A stretch of 64,000 bases of DNA from an uncultured bacterium (GTDB taxonomy: Bacteria > Krumholzibacteriota > Krumholzibacteriia > Krumholzibacteriales > Krumholzibacteriaceae), in NCBI GenBank assembly GCA_963786935.1, contig CAWBAN010000001.1:704001-768000 (forward strand), written 5' to 3'. The translations under genes were made by a program, and so were the position numbers. Shown here piece by piece: positions 38,309-47,870 of the stretch. How positions within the stretch are numbered: the stretch's first letter is position 1; each line of letters opens with the position of its first letter. Under the pieces are notes generated by a model, which saw nothing but the letters and a program-made list of their open reading frames with translations, searched no databases and was not told where the DNA came from.

Positions 38309-39460
38309 GTGGGCAGAAGCACCGTCGTGATTCTCATTGATGCGCTCGGACACTCCATCGTCCGGCGGCACGGCTTTCGGCCCGGCGATCTGAGCGCCGC
38401 CGCGCGCGTCAGGAGCGTTCTCGGATTCAGCCAGGCCGCGCTCGCGACGATCTTCACCGGGGCGATGCCGGAGCGCCACGGACTTTGGATGATGTACTCC
38501 TTCGCGGCGAACGGATCGCCGTTCGCGTGGCTCCGTCTCGTTCCGCCCGGCGTTTCGGCGCGACGGCTCTGGCTTCGGCGAATGATCGCCTGGAATCTGG
38601 CGCACATGAGCGCGGTTCGAGGCTATTACAGCCTGTACGACGTGCCGCGCGCCGTGCTGCCGTACCTCGATATTCCCGCGCGGAAGGATTTGTTCTCGCC
38701 GCTCGGCGGCGGATCGTCCCCGAACGTCTTCGACCGGCTCGAGAGCGGCGGCGTACCGCGCATGGTTTGGGATTACCGGACTCCCGAGCCCCGGGCGTTC
38801 GACGAGCTCGAGGAAGCGGTGCGATCGAACCGGGCGTCGTTCTACCTTCTCTACACGGCCGGGCTCGATTCGGATCTGCACCGGTACGGGACGGCGGCGC
38901 CGCGGATCGGCGAGCGCCTCGCGTGGTACACCGAGCGGATCGCGCGCGTATCGGCGGCCGCGCGGAGCGCCGGCGGCGCGCGCGTCGTCGTGCTCGGCGA
39001 TCACGGCATGTGCGACGTGCGGGGGAGCGTCGATCTCATGAGCGCCATCGACGAGCTCGATCTCGAGATTCCCCGCGATTACGTCCCCTTCTTCGATTCG
39101 ACGATGGCCCGGTTCAAGATCGGCACCGCCCGCGCGCGGAATGCGATCGAGGAATGTCTCGGCCGTATCGCTTCGGGGCGGATCCTGAGCGCCGGCGAGC
39201 TTCGCGATCTCGGCGTTTCGTTTCCCGATGGCAGGTTCGGGGACCTGATCTATCTCGCCGATCCGGGCGTCATCATCCTGCCGAGCCATATGGGGAGCGA
39301 AGGCGTCGCGGCCATGCACGGCTATCATCCCGACACCGAGGAGATGTGCAGCGCCCTGTTTTCGAACGACGAGCCGCCGGCGGCGGACATGGCCCTCTCC
39401 GACGTCGCGGCATTCATGCTTCCGGGATTCGATCCGGGGCGTGGGGGGGAGCGGCCGTGA
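38309..39460 (+). CDS. Alkaline phosphatase superfamily (nucleotide pyrophosphatase/phosphodiesterase-like) protein
   Basis: ILIDALG, GFSQAALATIFTG, DSDLH, GDHGM, HGY. Confidence 0.85.
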   Translation: MGRSTVVILIDALGHSIVRRHGFRPGDLSAAARVRSVLGFSQAALATIFTGAMPERHGLWMMYSFAANGSPFAWLRLVPPGVSARRLWLRRMIAWNLAHMSAVRGYYSLYDVPRAVLPYLDIPARKDLFSPLGGGSSPNVFDRLESGGVPRMVWDYRTPEPRAFDELEEAVRSNRASFYLLYTAGLDSDLHRYGTAAPRIGERLAWYTERIARVSAAARSAGGARVVVLGDHGMCDVRGSVDLMSAIDELDLEIPRDYVPFFDSTMARFKIGTARARNAIEECLGRIASGRILSAGELRDLGVSFPDGRFGDLIYLADPGVIILPSHMGSEGVAAMHGYHPDTEEMCSALFSNDEPPAADMALSDVAAFMLPGFDPGRGGERP

Positions 39461-40956
39461 CGATGGAGAGGATCGGGCGCGCCATGTCATGGAGCCTCGT
39501 TGCGCGGGTCGCTGCTTCCGCGGCGGGCTTCGCGGCGAATATCGTGATCGTCCGATCGCTCAGCGAGCATGACTGGGGAATGTACAGCGAGATCAGGACG
39601 ATACTGCAGTTCGTCCTCGTGATCGTCATGATCGGGATCGACGCGGCGATCCTCAAGTTCGCCCCCCTGCTGCGGACGAACGGCGGCGCCTCGTCGTTCA
39701 TGCGCACGTTTCGAACGCTCCTCCTCGTCCAGATCGGCGTCTGGATCTGCGTGCTCGCGCTGAGCCGGTACGGGGGAAATGTCCTGAGCGTGTTCTTCCG
39801 CGATCCGTCGGGGCGTTTCGGCTTCTATCTTCAGATCGCGGTCGTCTGTTTCATATTCGAGGTCCTCGTCCTGCTCCTCAACAACTTCTTTCAATCATGG
39901 TACGAGACGAAGCGGCTCGCGGCCGTCGTGGCGGGAGGGAACGCGATCTACTTCGCGCTCGTCGCCGCCGCGATGAATAGGGATCTCGGCGTCGCGGCGG
40001 TGCTCGTCGCGGGGGGCGTGATGAATTGCTTCATCATCGCGCTCCTTGTACCGCGCGCCCGGGCCCTGCTGCGTTCGGTCGCGGCGGCGGGAAGGGGGCC
40101 CGGCGTGACCGGCGTGCTCAAGTTCTCGCTCCCCTTCGTCGTGACCGGACTCCTCGGGCAGATCGTCTGGCGGCAATCGGAAGTGCTGTTCCTCGGGCAT
40201 TTCACGGGAGCGGAGGCGGCGGGATTCTTCAAGTTGGCCTACGGGCTGCCGCAAATGCTCCTCGAGTTCGTTCCGCTCACGGTATGGCCGATCGTCATGG
40301 CGGGGATGAGCGAGCTCTACTCCAAGGACGCCTCCACGCTCCCCCGGGCGATCCGGCTCTATTACAAGCTCATTTTCCTCCTCGTCGTCCCCGTCGCCGC
40401 GATGGGCTTCGCGTTCTCGAGGCAGCTCGTGCCGATCGTTTACACCGCGAAAATGCTTCCAGCAGCGTTACTTACGCAGTTGTTTTTCGTTGTCTTTTCA
40501 TACTCCTTTCTCTATACTCCGCTCAGCATGGCGTTCTACGTCATGGGGAAAAGCTGGGTTAATATGTTGATATTCATGTCGTTAGCGGCGATCGAGATAG
40601 GTCTGGATCTTGCATTGATCCCGCCGTACGGCATGTGGGGAGCGATCGGGTCCGTATCGCTCGTGCTTCTGATGGGCGTCGTACTCTTCCATGCGGTCAT
40701 GAGAAGGGTGCGCCCCGACGTGAAAACGCCGGCTGGATTCATCGTCCGTTGCACGCTCGCCGCGGTGCCGACGTGTCTGTTGTCGCTGCTCGCGAGCCGG
40801 TGGAGCTCCCCGGCCGCGCTCGCGCTCTTGATGGGGGCCGGCGTCGTTCTGCTCATCGCCGGATTCCGCGCGTTGAAGGTCATCGGGGACGAGGAGAAGG
40901 AGATGATCCGCACCCTGCCGATACCGGCGAAGGAACGGATCCTTTCGATATTCTAG
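39457..40956 (+). CDS. wzx: Oligosaccharide flippase (Wzx-like)
   Basis: 12-14 TM helices, LSEHDWGMYS, FSLP, EAAGFF, LIPPYGMWGA. Confidence 0.82.
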   Translation: MTMERIGRAMSWSLVARVAASAAGFAANIVIVRSLSEHDWGMYSEIRTILQFVLVIVMIGIDAAILKFAPLLRTNGGASSFMRTFRTLLLVQIGVWICVLALSRYGGNVLSVFFRDPSGRFGFYLQIAVVCFIFEVLVLLLNNFFQSWYETKRLAAVVAGGNAIYFALVAAAMNRDLGVAAVLVAGGVMNCFIIALLVPRARALLRSVAAAGRGPGVTGVLKFSLPFVVTGLLGQIVWRQSEVLFLGHFTGAEAAGFFKLAYGLPQMLLEFVPLTVWPIVMAGMSELYSKDASTLPRAIRLYYKLIFLLVVPVAAMGFAFSRQLVPIVYTAKMLPAALLTQLFFVVFSYSFLYTPLSMAFYVMGKSWVNMLIFMSLAAIEIGLDLALIPPYGMWGAIGSVSLVLLMGVVLFHAVMRRVRPDVKTPAGFIVRCTLAAVPTCLLSLLASRWSSPAALALLMGAGVVLLIAGFRALKVIGDEEKEMIRTLPIPAKERILSIF

Positions 40957-40967
40957 AGGAGCGCAGC

Positions 40968-41642
40968 ATGTATCGCGGCAAGAGAATCTCGGTCGTCATC
41001 CCGTGCTACAACGAGGAGGACGGGCTTGCCCGCGTCATCCCGGCCCTCCCGAAGTCGGTCGACGAGGTCGTCGTCGCCGACAATAACTCGACCGACGGCA
41101 CCGCGTCGGTGGCCCGCCGTCTCGGCGCCGTGGTGGTGTTCGAGGCGCGGAAGGGATACGGGGCCGCGTACAAGGCCGGGCTCGCCGCGGTAACGGGGGA
41201 TATCACGGTCACGATGGACGGGGACGGCACGTATCCGATGGATCAGATCGAGGAATGCGTCGGATTCTTTCTCGACAACGGCCTCGATTTTCTGAACGCG
41301 TCCCGGTTTCCGCTCGAGAACGCGGGAGCGATGAACTTCTCGAACAAGGTGGGGAACGCCGTTCTCACCTTCGCGACGCTCGTGCTCTTCATGCGCGGCA
41401 TCCGAGACTCGCAATCGGGAATGTGGATTTTCAGGAGCTCGCTCTTCCGGGAGCTCGCGCCGCGGAGCGACGGCATGCCGTTCAGCGAGGAGATCAAGAT
41501 CAAGGCGCTCCGGCGTCCCGGCGTCAAGTTCGACGAGTATCACATCCGCTATCATCCGAGAATCGGCGAGGTCAAGCTCGAAAAATGGAAAGACGGCTTC
41601 CGCAATCTCTGGTATCTCGTGAAACTCAGATTCGAACGATAA
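40968..41642 (+). CDS. GT2 polyprenyl-phosphate glycosyltransferase (DPM1/ArnC-like)
   Basis: VIPCYNEE, DNNSTDGT, GYG, MDGDGTY, DSQSGM, RIGEVKL. Confidence 0.88.
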   Translation: MYRGKRISVVIPCYNEEDGLARVIPALPKSVDEVVVADNNSTDGTASVARRLGAVVVFEARKGYGAAYKAGLAAVTGDITVTMDGDGTYPMDQIEECVGFFLDNGLDFLNASRFPLENAGAMNFSNKVGNAVLTFATLVLFMRGIRDSQSGMWIFRSSLFRELAPRSDGMPFSEEIKIKALRRPGVKFDEYHIRYHPRIGEVKLEKWKDGFRNLWYLVKLRFER

Positions 41643-41652
41643 GGAGTGCGCA

Positions 41653-42015
41653 ATGCTCAGGAGTCTCGTGCTCATCATCATCACCGTTATCATCAATACG
41701 ACGGGACAATTCATGGTCAAGACGGGAGTCAACCGCGTCGGCGCCGTCAGCCTGTCCGACGTGCACGCCATTATCAGAGCCCTCTCGTCGTGGATGGTGC
41801 TGTGCGGATTCGTCATCTACTTTATCAGCGCGCTGATCTGGATCAGCATCCTGTCGAAGGCCGAGCTCAGCTGGGCGTTTCCGATGCTGAGCCTGTCCTA
41901 CGTGCTCACCGCGCTCCTGTCGCCGATCCTGCTCAACGAGGGGTTTTCGGCCCTGCGGCTCATCGGAACGCTCGTGATCTGTTTCGGCGTCTTTCTCGTG
42001 TACCGGACCTACTGA
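41653..42015 (+). CDS. Small 4-TM EamA/SMR protein (ArnE/ArnF-like flippase)
   Basis: GQFMVK, ELSWAFPMLSLSYV, LLNE. Confidence 0.82.
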   Translation: MLRSLVLIIITVIINTTGQFMVKTGVNRVGAVSLSDVHAIIRALSSWMVLCGFVIYFISALIWISILSKAELSWAFPMLSLSYVLTALLSPILLNEGFSALRLIGTLVICFGVFLVYRTY

Positions 42016-42090
42016 GACGGGGCGCGGGAGGCGGGCACCCGGGCGTTCGCGGGCGCGGCGCCCGCCGGCCGCCGGAGAGATGTGGGGAGC

Positions 42091-44763
42091 ATGAGAACCG
42101 CCGTTTTCGTTCTCGAAGCAGTTGTCGTTATCCTCTCGTTCCTCGCGGGATGCGGCGTCGTCGGCGGCCCCGAGCCCGCGCGAATCGCGCTCGCGTTCTT
42201 TTCGATCGTCGTCATTCCCGGCCATGCGTTGAGCTCGCTCGTGTTCCGGGCGGGCGCCTCGACCGTCGAGGGAGCGTGCCGGCTCTTCGCGATGGGGCTC
42301 GTGTTCGTCTCCGTCGTCCTGTGCGCCGGATTCGTTCCGGGCGTCTCGTACCCGATCATTTCCGCGGCGTCCTCGCTTCTCGTCCTCGCACTTTTGTTTT
42401 TCGCGCGGGGGGCCCGGAAGCGGCCGGGGGGTGCGGGGAGCCCCGGGCGCGCGGCGGGTCGGCCGTCCGGGCCGGCGGACGCGAGAGCGGCGATCGTCGG
42501 GGGATTCCTCTTCGCGCTGTGCGCCGCGGCGTTCGCGGGAACGGGCGAGCTCGGATGGGAAACGGATGCTCCCGACCACGTGAGCTACGTGCGGCGGAGC
42601 GTCGAGAGCGGCGTGCTGTTTCCCCGCGATTCGTTCTACCGGGAGGGGGATGGGATCGCGCCCGATCCGCGCAAGGGGCTCTGGCATCCCGTGCTCTCCC
42701 TCTGGACGTATCAGGCGCATGCGCCGGCCGACCGCGTGTGGCGGCACGCGCCCGCCTTTCTTTCGTTTTTCGCCCTCTGCTCGTTTCTCTTCTTCGCGAT
42801 CGAGCTCTGCGGAGCGAGCCGGTGCGTCGTGCTCTCCCTCGTGTGCTTTCTCCTGTTCTACGGCGGAGACGGCGTCGGATGGCTCGCGAAAGCGGGATTC
42901 AGCAGGAACGTCGCGCAGGTCGCGCTCTGGCTCGATCTGGGTTTTCTCTTCGCGTACTACCGCGCGGGACGGCGGGCGCATCTCGTCGCGGCGGCGCTCC
43001 TCGCGTGCGTCGGCACGGCCTTCCATCTCGTCTTCGCGATGCTCCTCGCCGTGTCGCTCGCGGGAATCCTGTGCTACGTCGTTTTCACGCGGAGCGGCGC
43101 TCCGTGGCGCGGGGCCTTCTGGCGGAGCGCGCCCCTGCTGCTGGCCGGCGCCTCGATTCCGCTCGCGATCAGGGCACCGGGCGCGCTCGTTCCCTCGAAC
43201 GCGATCCATACCCACCTGCAGGGAATGCTCGTGTTTTCGTCCCGTCTCGCGATCGTCGATCCGGCGGAGCTGCTGACGCGATACGGCTTGATCTTCTTCT
43301 ACGTGCTGCTCGCCGCGCCGTTTCTTCCCGCCATCGCCGATCGCGTCGAGCGGCGGGGTCTCGCGCTCGCGCTCTACTTCGTTCCCTTGATTCTCGTGCT
43401 CGATCCCCTGATCGCGGCCGCGCTGGAACGGCGCATCGGATATCTGCACTACCGGATTCTCGACGCCGCGCCGCTCGCCGTCGTCATCGCGCTCGCGGCA
43501 AGCGGCCTCGCGCGAGTCATCCGGTCGGGAGGCGCGCCGCGCGGAGCCCGTCCGCGAGCGCTCTTCTCGGCGCGAGGCTCGTCGGCGCGCGTCCTCGCCG
43601 GAGCGCTGCTGGCGCTTTTCATCGCGTATCCCGTGCGGACGGCGTCGGTCCGCGCCGTCGGAACGGCCCGTGCGCTCTTCGAGAAACGGGCGGCGCTTCC
43701 GCCGGCGTACGGTTCTCTGTTCGCCGCGCTCGATACGGAGCTTCCGGATCATTCGACCATCGCGAGCGATCCCGCGACGAGCTACCTGATCTCGGCCCTG
43801 ACGGATCATTTTGTCACGGTGGTGCTCGACCAGCATTGCTCCCCCGCCGATACCGCGGCGATCGAGCGGCTGCGCGAGGCGCGGAATCTCATGAGCCCCG
43901 CGATGCCGCTCGCGGCGAGCGCCGCGTGGCTCGAGCGGAGCGGCGCGGAGTACGTGCTCGTGAACGGGAACCTCCCGGAGCGGGCCGATTTCTTCAATTC
44001 GTTCCTGTCGCGGGAGGTGGGGAAGACGCGCGAGAAGTTCCTCGCGTGCCCATCGCGCGCGATCCGCGTGCTCGAACGGGACGGATTCACGCTGTTCGAG
44101 CTGCGCCGGGATGATGCGGATGCCCTCGGGGCCGACGGGTGCGCCGCGGCGATCGACGCGGCGCACCCGTGCGTTTCGCCGGACGATTCTTCGGGCGGCG
44201 GAGCGATCGCGGCCGGGGGGGGCGCGGATCTCGGCGAGGGTATCGCGCTCGTGAGCCTCGTGGTGGACAACGAGGTGCTGGGCGCCGGCGACACGCTGGC
44301 GGCGCATCTCTGCTGGCGCGCCGCGCGAGCGATCGAATTCGGGCTTCCGCTCGACGTGATCGTGCGCATCGATGCGCCGTTCCCCCGGGGATCGCTCTAT
44401 CGCGAGTGGTACGGCAAGCAGTACCGGCGAATGATCGAGCGGCGGGGCGGGCGATACTACCGCTTCACGGCGCGGACCCGCCTCATGAGCGGTCCCGCGT
44501 ACCCCGATATGCTCGGGGCGGGAGCCGGCGCGCGGCAGGATTTCGCGCTGCCGCTGCCTGCCTCGCTCGCGCCGGGCGCGTACGAAGTGCTCATCAAGGT
44601 GATCCGCGCGCCGTATCTCGAGAACCGTCGCGTCGCCGACTATCTCTCGAACGACGACTCCCTGCAGGGCGTTCCCGTCGGGATGATCTACCTGCGTCCG
44701 GAGCCGCCGAACGGATCGTCCGGCGCAGCGGGCGCGGGACCGGCTTTTCGCGGAGGACGGTGA
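42091..44763 (+). CDS. Large multi-pass membrane protein, probable GT-C glycosyltransferase with soluble C-terminal domain
   Basis: More than 12 TM helices, acidic loop WETDAPDH; follows GT2 and flippase genes. Confidence 0.6.
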   Translation: MRTAVFVLEAVVVILSFLAGCGVVGGPEPARIALAFFSIVVIPGHALSSLVFRAGASTVEGACRLFAMGLVFVSVVLCAGFVPGVSYPIISAASSLLVLALLFFARGARKRPGGAGSPGRAAGRPSGPADARAAIVGGFLFALCAAAFAGTGELGWETDAPDHVSYVRRSVESGVLFPRDSFYREGDGIAPDPRKGLWHPVLSLWTYQAHAPADRVWRHAPAFLSFFALCSFLFFAIELCGASRCVVLSLVCFLLFYGGDGVGWLAKAGFSRNVAQVALWLDLGFLFAYYRAGRRAHLVAAALLACVGTAFHLVFAMLLAVSLAGILCYVVFTRSGAPWRGAFWRSAPLLLAGASIPLAIRAPGALVPSNAIHTHLQGMLVFSSRLAIVDPAELLTRYGLIFFYVLLAAPFLPAIADRVERRGLALALYFVPLILVLDPLIAAALERRIGYLHYRILDAAPLAVVIALAASGLARVIRSGGAPRGARPRALFSARGSSARVLAGALLALFIAYPVRTASVRAVGTARALFEKRAALPPAYGSLFAALDTELPDHSTIASDPATSYLISALTDHFVTVVLDQHCSPADTAAIERLREARNLMSPAMPLAASAAWLERSGAEYVLVNGNLPERADFFNSFLSREVGKTREKFLACPSRAIRVLERDGFTLFELRRDDADALGADGCAAAIDAAHPCVSPDDSSGGGAIAAGGGADLGEGIALVSLVVDNEVLGAGDTLAAHLCWRAARAIEFGLPLDVIVRIDAPFPRGSLYREWYGKQYRRMIERRGGRYYRFTARTRLMSGPAYPDMLGAGAGARQDFALPLPASLAPGAYEVLIKVIRAPYLENRRVADYLSNDDSLQGVPVGMIYLRPEPPNGSSGAAGAGPAFRGGR

Positions 44764-45914
44764 GCGAAATGGCGGCGGGCGCGGACGCGCGGTTCAGGAT
44801 CGTCTATTTCTCCGACGCTCCCTGGTTCGGCGGCGCGGAGAAATATCTGCTCCTCCTCGCCGCGTCGCTCGACCGGGATGAGTTCCGCGCGGAGCTCGTC
44901 GTGAACCGCAATCCGCGCCTCGGCGCGTTCGCCGCCGCGATGAAGGACGCGGGGGTCGGCGTGCACGAGGTGTCCATCGACGTCCTCCGGTCGCCGGCGG
45001 GGATCCCGCATTTCGTGTCGCTGCTCCGGCGCCTCGCGCCGTCGATCCTTCACTGCAACCTACCGGGGCCGTGGGGCTCGCAGTACAGCCTCGCGGCGCC
45101 GCTCGCGCGGCTCGCCGGCGTGCGGCACGTCGTGACGACGGAGCATCTCCCCATGGTGCCCCCGTTCGCCAAGGGGAAGCTGCTCCGGGGATTCGGCGGC
45201 CGGTGGGTCGAGCGGGTCATCACGGTGAGCGAGGACAACGTGCGCCACCTCGTCGAGCGCCACGGCGTGCCGCGCGAAAAGATCCGCGTCGTGCGGATCG
45301 GCATTCCCGAGCCGCGGCGCGTCGGCCCGGCGGCGATTCGGGAGACGCTCGGTATCCGCGGCGACGACTTCCTCTGCGTGATGATCGGGAGCCTCGAAGC
45401 GCGCAAGGGGCACGCGGCCGCCTTCGAGGCGCTCGCGACGCTCCCGGGCGGCGTGAAGATGCTCGTGGCGGGGGAGGGGGAGGAGGATCGCGCGCTTCGC
45501 GGGAAGGCGGCCGCGCTCGGTCTCGAAGGGCGCGTGCATTTTCTGGGCAATCGCGCCGATATCGAGGCGATCCTTTCGGAATGCGACGCCCTCGTGCTCG
45601 CCTCGACCCTCGAGGCGACGCCGTACGTGCTCGTCGAGGCGATGGCCGCGGGCCTTCCCGTGGTCGCGAGCGGCATCTTCGGCATTCCGGAGATGGTGCG
45701 GGACGGAGAAACGGGGATCCTGATCGATCCCCGCTCGCGCGAGGATATCGCGCGGGGGATCGCGGCGCTCGCGGCGGATCGCGCCCGCGGCGCGCGCATG
45801 GGGGCGGCGGGGAGGAAGCGCTACGAAGAGATGTTCCGCATCGAGCGGTGCGTCGACGAGACGCAGGCGATCTACCGGGAGCTTCTCAGCACCGACTCGA
45901 AGAGATTGATGTAA
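44760..45914 (+). CDS. Glycosyltransferase family 4
   Basis: FGGAE, RKG, EATPYVLVEAMAAGLPVV. Confidence 0.9.
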   Translation: MSEMAAGADARFRIVYFSDAPWFGGAEKYLLLLAASLDRDEFRAELVVNRNPRLGAFAAAMKDAGVGVHEVSIDVLRSPAGIPHFVSLLRRLAPSILHCNLPGPWGSQYSLAAPLARLAGVRHVVTTEHLPMVPPFAKGKLLRGFGGRWVERVITVSEDNVRHLVERHGVPREKIRVVRIGIPEPRRVGPAAIRETLGIRGDDFLCVMIGSLEARKGHAAAFEALATLPGGVKMLVAGEGEEDRALRGKAAALGLEGRVHFLGNRADIEAILSECDALVLASTLEATPYVLVEAMAAGLPVVASGIFGIPEMVRDGETGILIDPRSREDIARGIAALAADRARGARMGAAGRKRYEEMFRIERCVDETQAIYRELLSTDSKRLM

Positions 45915-47032
45915 TCGTCCCCTCGATCCCTGATATCGTGATTGGCTCCGACATAGGCGACCACCCGCGCCGACATGGCGGCCCGCGCCGCCGCGTCGGA
46001 CCCGAAGCGCCGCACGGCCTCGACGAACCGCTCGAACGTGCCGGTCACGATTCCGAGGCCGTTCTTCGCGACGATGTCGTCCGGATCGATTCCGATCGTG
46101 ATCACGGGCACCCCCCGAACCCACGAGTGGAGGTACGTGTTCGGAAACCCTTCGAGCGAGGGGGCGGATGTGTTGAGGAGCGCGCGGGCCCGGCGGTAAT
46201 GCGCATCCATCTCGGGCGGCGGAACGAACGGGAGGTGCTCGATGTTCGGAAGACGTTTCATGGCCTCGGCGATTCGGGCGGCGTATCGTTCGTCCCCCGC
46301 GTAGCCGCCGATGACGGTGAATCGCTCTCCGGGGAGGGCGCGGGCGCAGTCGAGCAGGAGCTCCGGGCGTTTCGACGGGTGGAGCCTCCCGACCCAGAGG
46401 TAGCCCGTTTCGGATCCGCGGGGCGCATCGGGAGCCGGCCGCGGAAGCGATCGAGCCGCGGGGGAGCCGTCCGCGGGCGGGATCGCGATCCCGTTGCGGA
46501 TGAGCGCGGTTTCCCGCCCGAAGTTCTCCCGCATGAGGCGACGCTGCTTCTCGGTCTGCGAGATGACGGCGTCCGCCGATCGGATTCCGTAGCGGTACAG
46601 CATCGTCATCGGCCACCGGAGCGCGCCGAGCCCGTCGGGATAGCAGTTGTAATCGATCCCGAGCGAGAAGGTGAACGCCGCGCCGAGCTCGGAAGCGAAG
46701 CGGGCGAGCTGCCCCGTGTAAAACGCCGTCGAGCGCTGATTGTAGATGTCCGCGCCGGAGCGCTTCATCGCACTCCGTATCTTCATCATGTCGGGGATGA
46801 ACCGCAGTTTCCGGTTTCCCCTGAACGGCGTGAACGAGCGGATGATCGTGATGCCGTCGACGCGCTCGACCTCGTCCTGTCCGAAGTCGCCGACGATGAA
46901 CGACACGTCGATGCCCTTCGACTTCATGTGGTTCGCGATCAGCAGCTGCTGCGTCTCGGCTCCGCCGGCCCATGCGGTCCGGTCCGGCCTGAAATAGGAG
47001 TAGGCGGTCGGCGAAAAGAAACAGACCTTCAT
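45872..47032 (-). CDS. Glycosyltransferase family 4
   Basis: GGAETQ, WVGRLHPSKRP, EGFPNTYL. Confidence 0.88.
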   Translation of the reverse strand: MKVCFFSPTAYSYFRPDRTAWAGGAETQQLLIANHMKSKGIDVSFIVGDFGQDEVERVDGITIIRSFTPFRGNRKLRFIPDMMKIRSAMKRSGADIYNQRSTAFYTGQLARFASELGAAFTFSLGIDYNCYPDGLGALRWPMTMLYRYGIRSADAVISQTEKQRRLMRENFGRETALIRNGIAIPPADGSPAARSLPRPAPDAPRGSETGYLWVGRLHPSKRPELLLDCARALPGERFTVIGGYAGDERYAARIAEAMKRLPNIEHLPFVPPPEMDAHYRRARALLNTSAPSLEGFPNTYLHSWVRGVPVITIGIDPDDIVAKNGLGIVTGTFERFVEAVRRFGSDAAARAAMSARVVAYVGANHDIRDRGDDYINLFESVLRSSR

Positions 47033-47134
47033 GATCGGGAATAGTACCGGATGCAACTTGCGGCGTTCAACTACATTCGGCTATACTGAGCTCGGGAATC
47101 GGTCTCGCGTCTGTTAAAGAAGGAGCGATTATCC

Positions 47135-47866
47135 ATGAAGGGTGTCATTCTCGCCGGCGGACTCGGAACCCGGCTGTATCCTCTCACGAAGGTGACGAAC
47201 AAGCATCTACTCCCCGTCTACGACAAGCCCATGATCTTCTACCCGATCCAGACGCTGATCAACGCGGGGATCCGGGACATTCTCGTCGTCACCGGCGGAA
47301 ACAACGCGGGGGAGTTCCTCAGGCTGCTCGGCAACGGCAAGGATTTCGGCCTCGCGCACCTGAACTACACCTATCAGGAGGGGGAGGGGGGAATCGCCGA
47401 GGCGCTTCGGCTCGCCGAGTACTGGGCCGCCGGAGAGGCGATCTGCGTCGTGCTCGGAGACAACATCATCGAGCGGAACATCGTCAAGGCGGTCTCGTCG
47501 TACCGGAAACAAGGGAAAGGCGCGAAGATCCTGCTCAAGGAAGTCCCCGATCCCGAGCGTTTCGGCGTGCCCGTTCTCGACGGGGACCGGGTCGTCAAGA
47601 TCGAGGAGAAGCCGAAGAAACCCGGCTCGACGTACGCGGTGACGGGAATCTACATCTTCGACGGTCGGGTTTTCGACATCATCAAGACGCTCAAGCCGTC
47701 GTCGCGCGGCGAGCTCGAGATCACCGACGTCAACAACGCCTACATCGAGCGGAACGAGCTCACCTGGGACGTTCTCGAGGGCTGGTGGACCGACGCCGGC
47801 ACCTTCGAATCGCTCCGGCGCGCCACGAGCCTCGTCGCCGAGACGGGGGCGAACAAGCTCGATTGA
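47135..47866 (+). CDS. rmlA: Glucose-1-phosphate thymidylyltransferase (short form)
   Basis: GVILAGGLGTRLYPLT, KHLLPVYDKPMI, LGDN, EEKP, RGELEITD, WTDAGT. Confidence 0.88.
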   Translation: MKGVILAGGLGTRLYPLTKVTNKHLLPVYDKPMIFYPIQTLINAGIRDILVVTGGNNAGEFLRLLGNGKDFGLAHLNYTYQEGEGGIAEALRLAEYWAAGEAICVVLGDNIIERNIVKAVSSYRKQGKGAKILLKEVPDPERFGVPVLDGDRVVKIEEKPKKPGSTYAVTGIYIFDGRVFDIIKTLKPSSRGELEITDVNNAYIERNELTWDVLEGWWTDAGTFESLRRATSLVAETGANKLD

Positions 47867-47870
47867 GGCC

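Noticed and set aside
37110..39460. Nucleotidyltransferase as CBASS or toxin-antitoxin defence gene
   Set aside because: No effector, Cap or HEPN partner gene; context is an EPS operon
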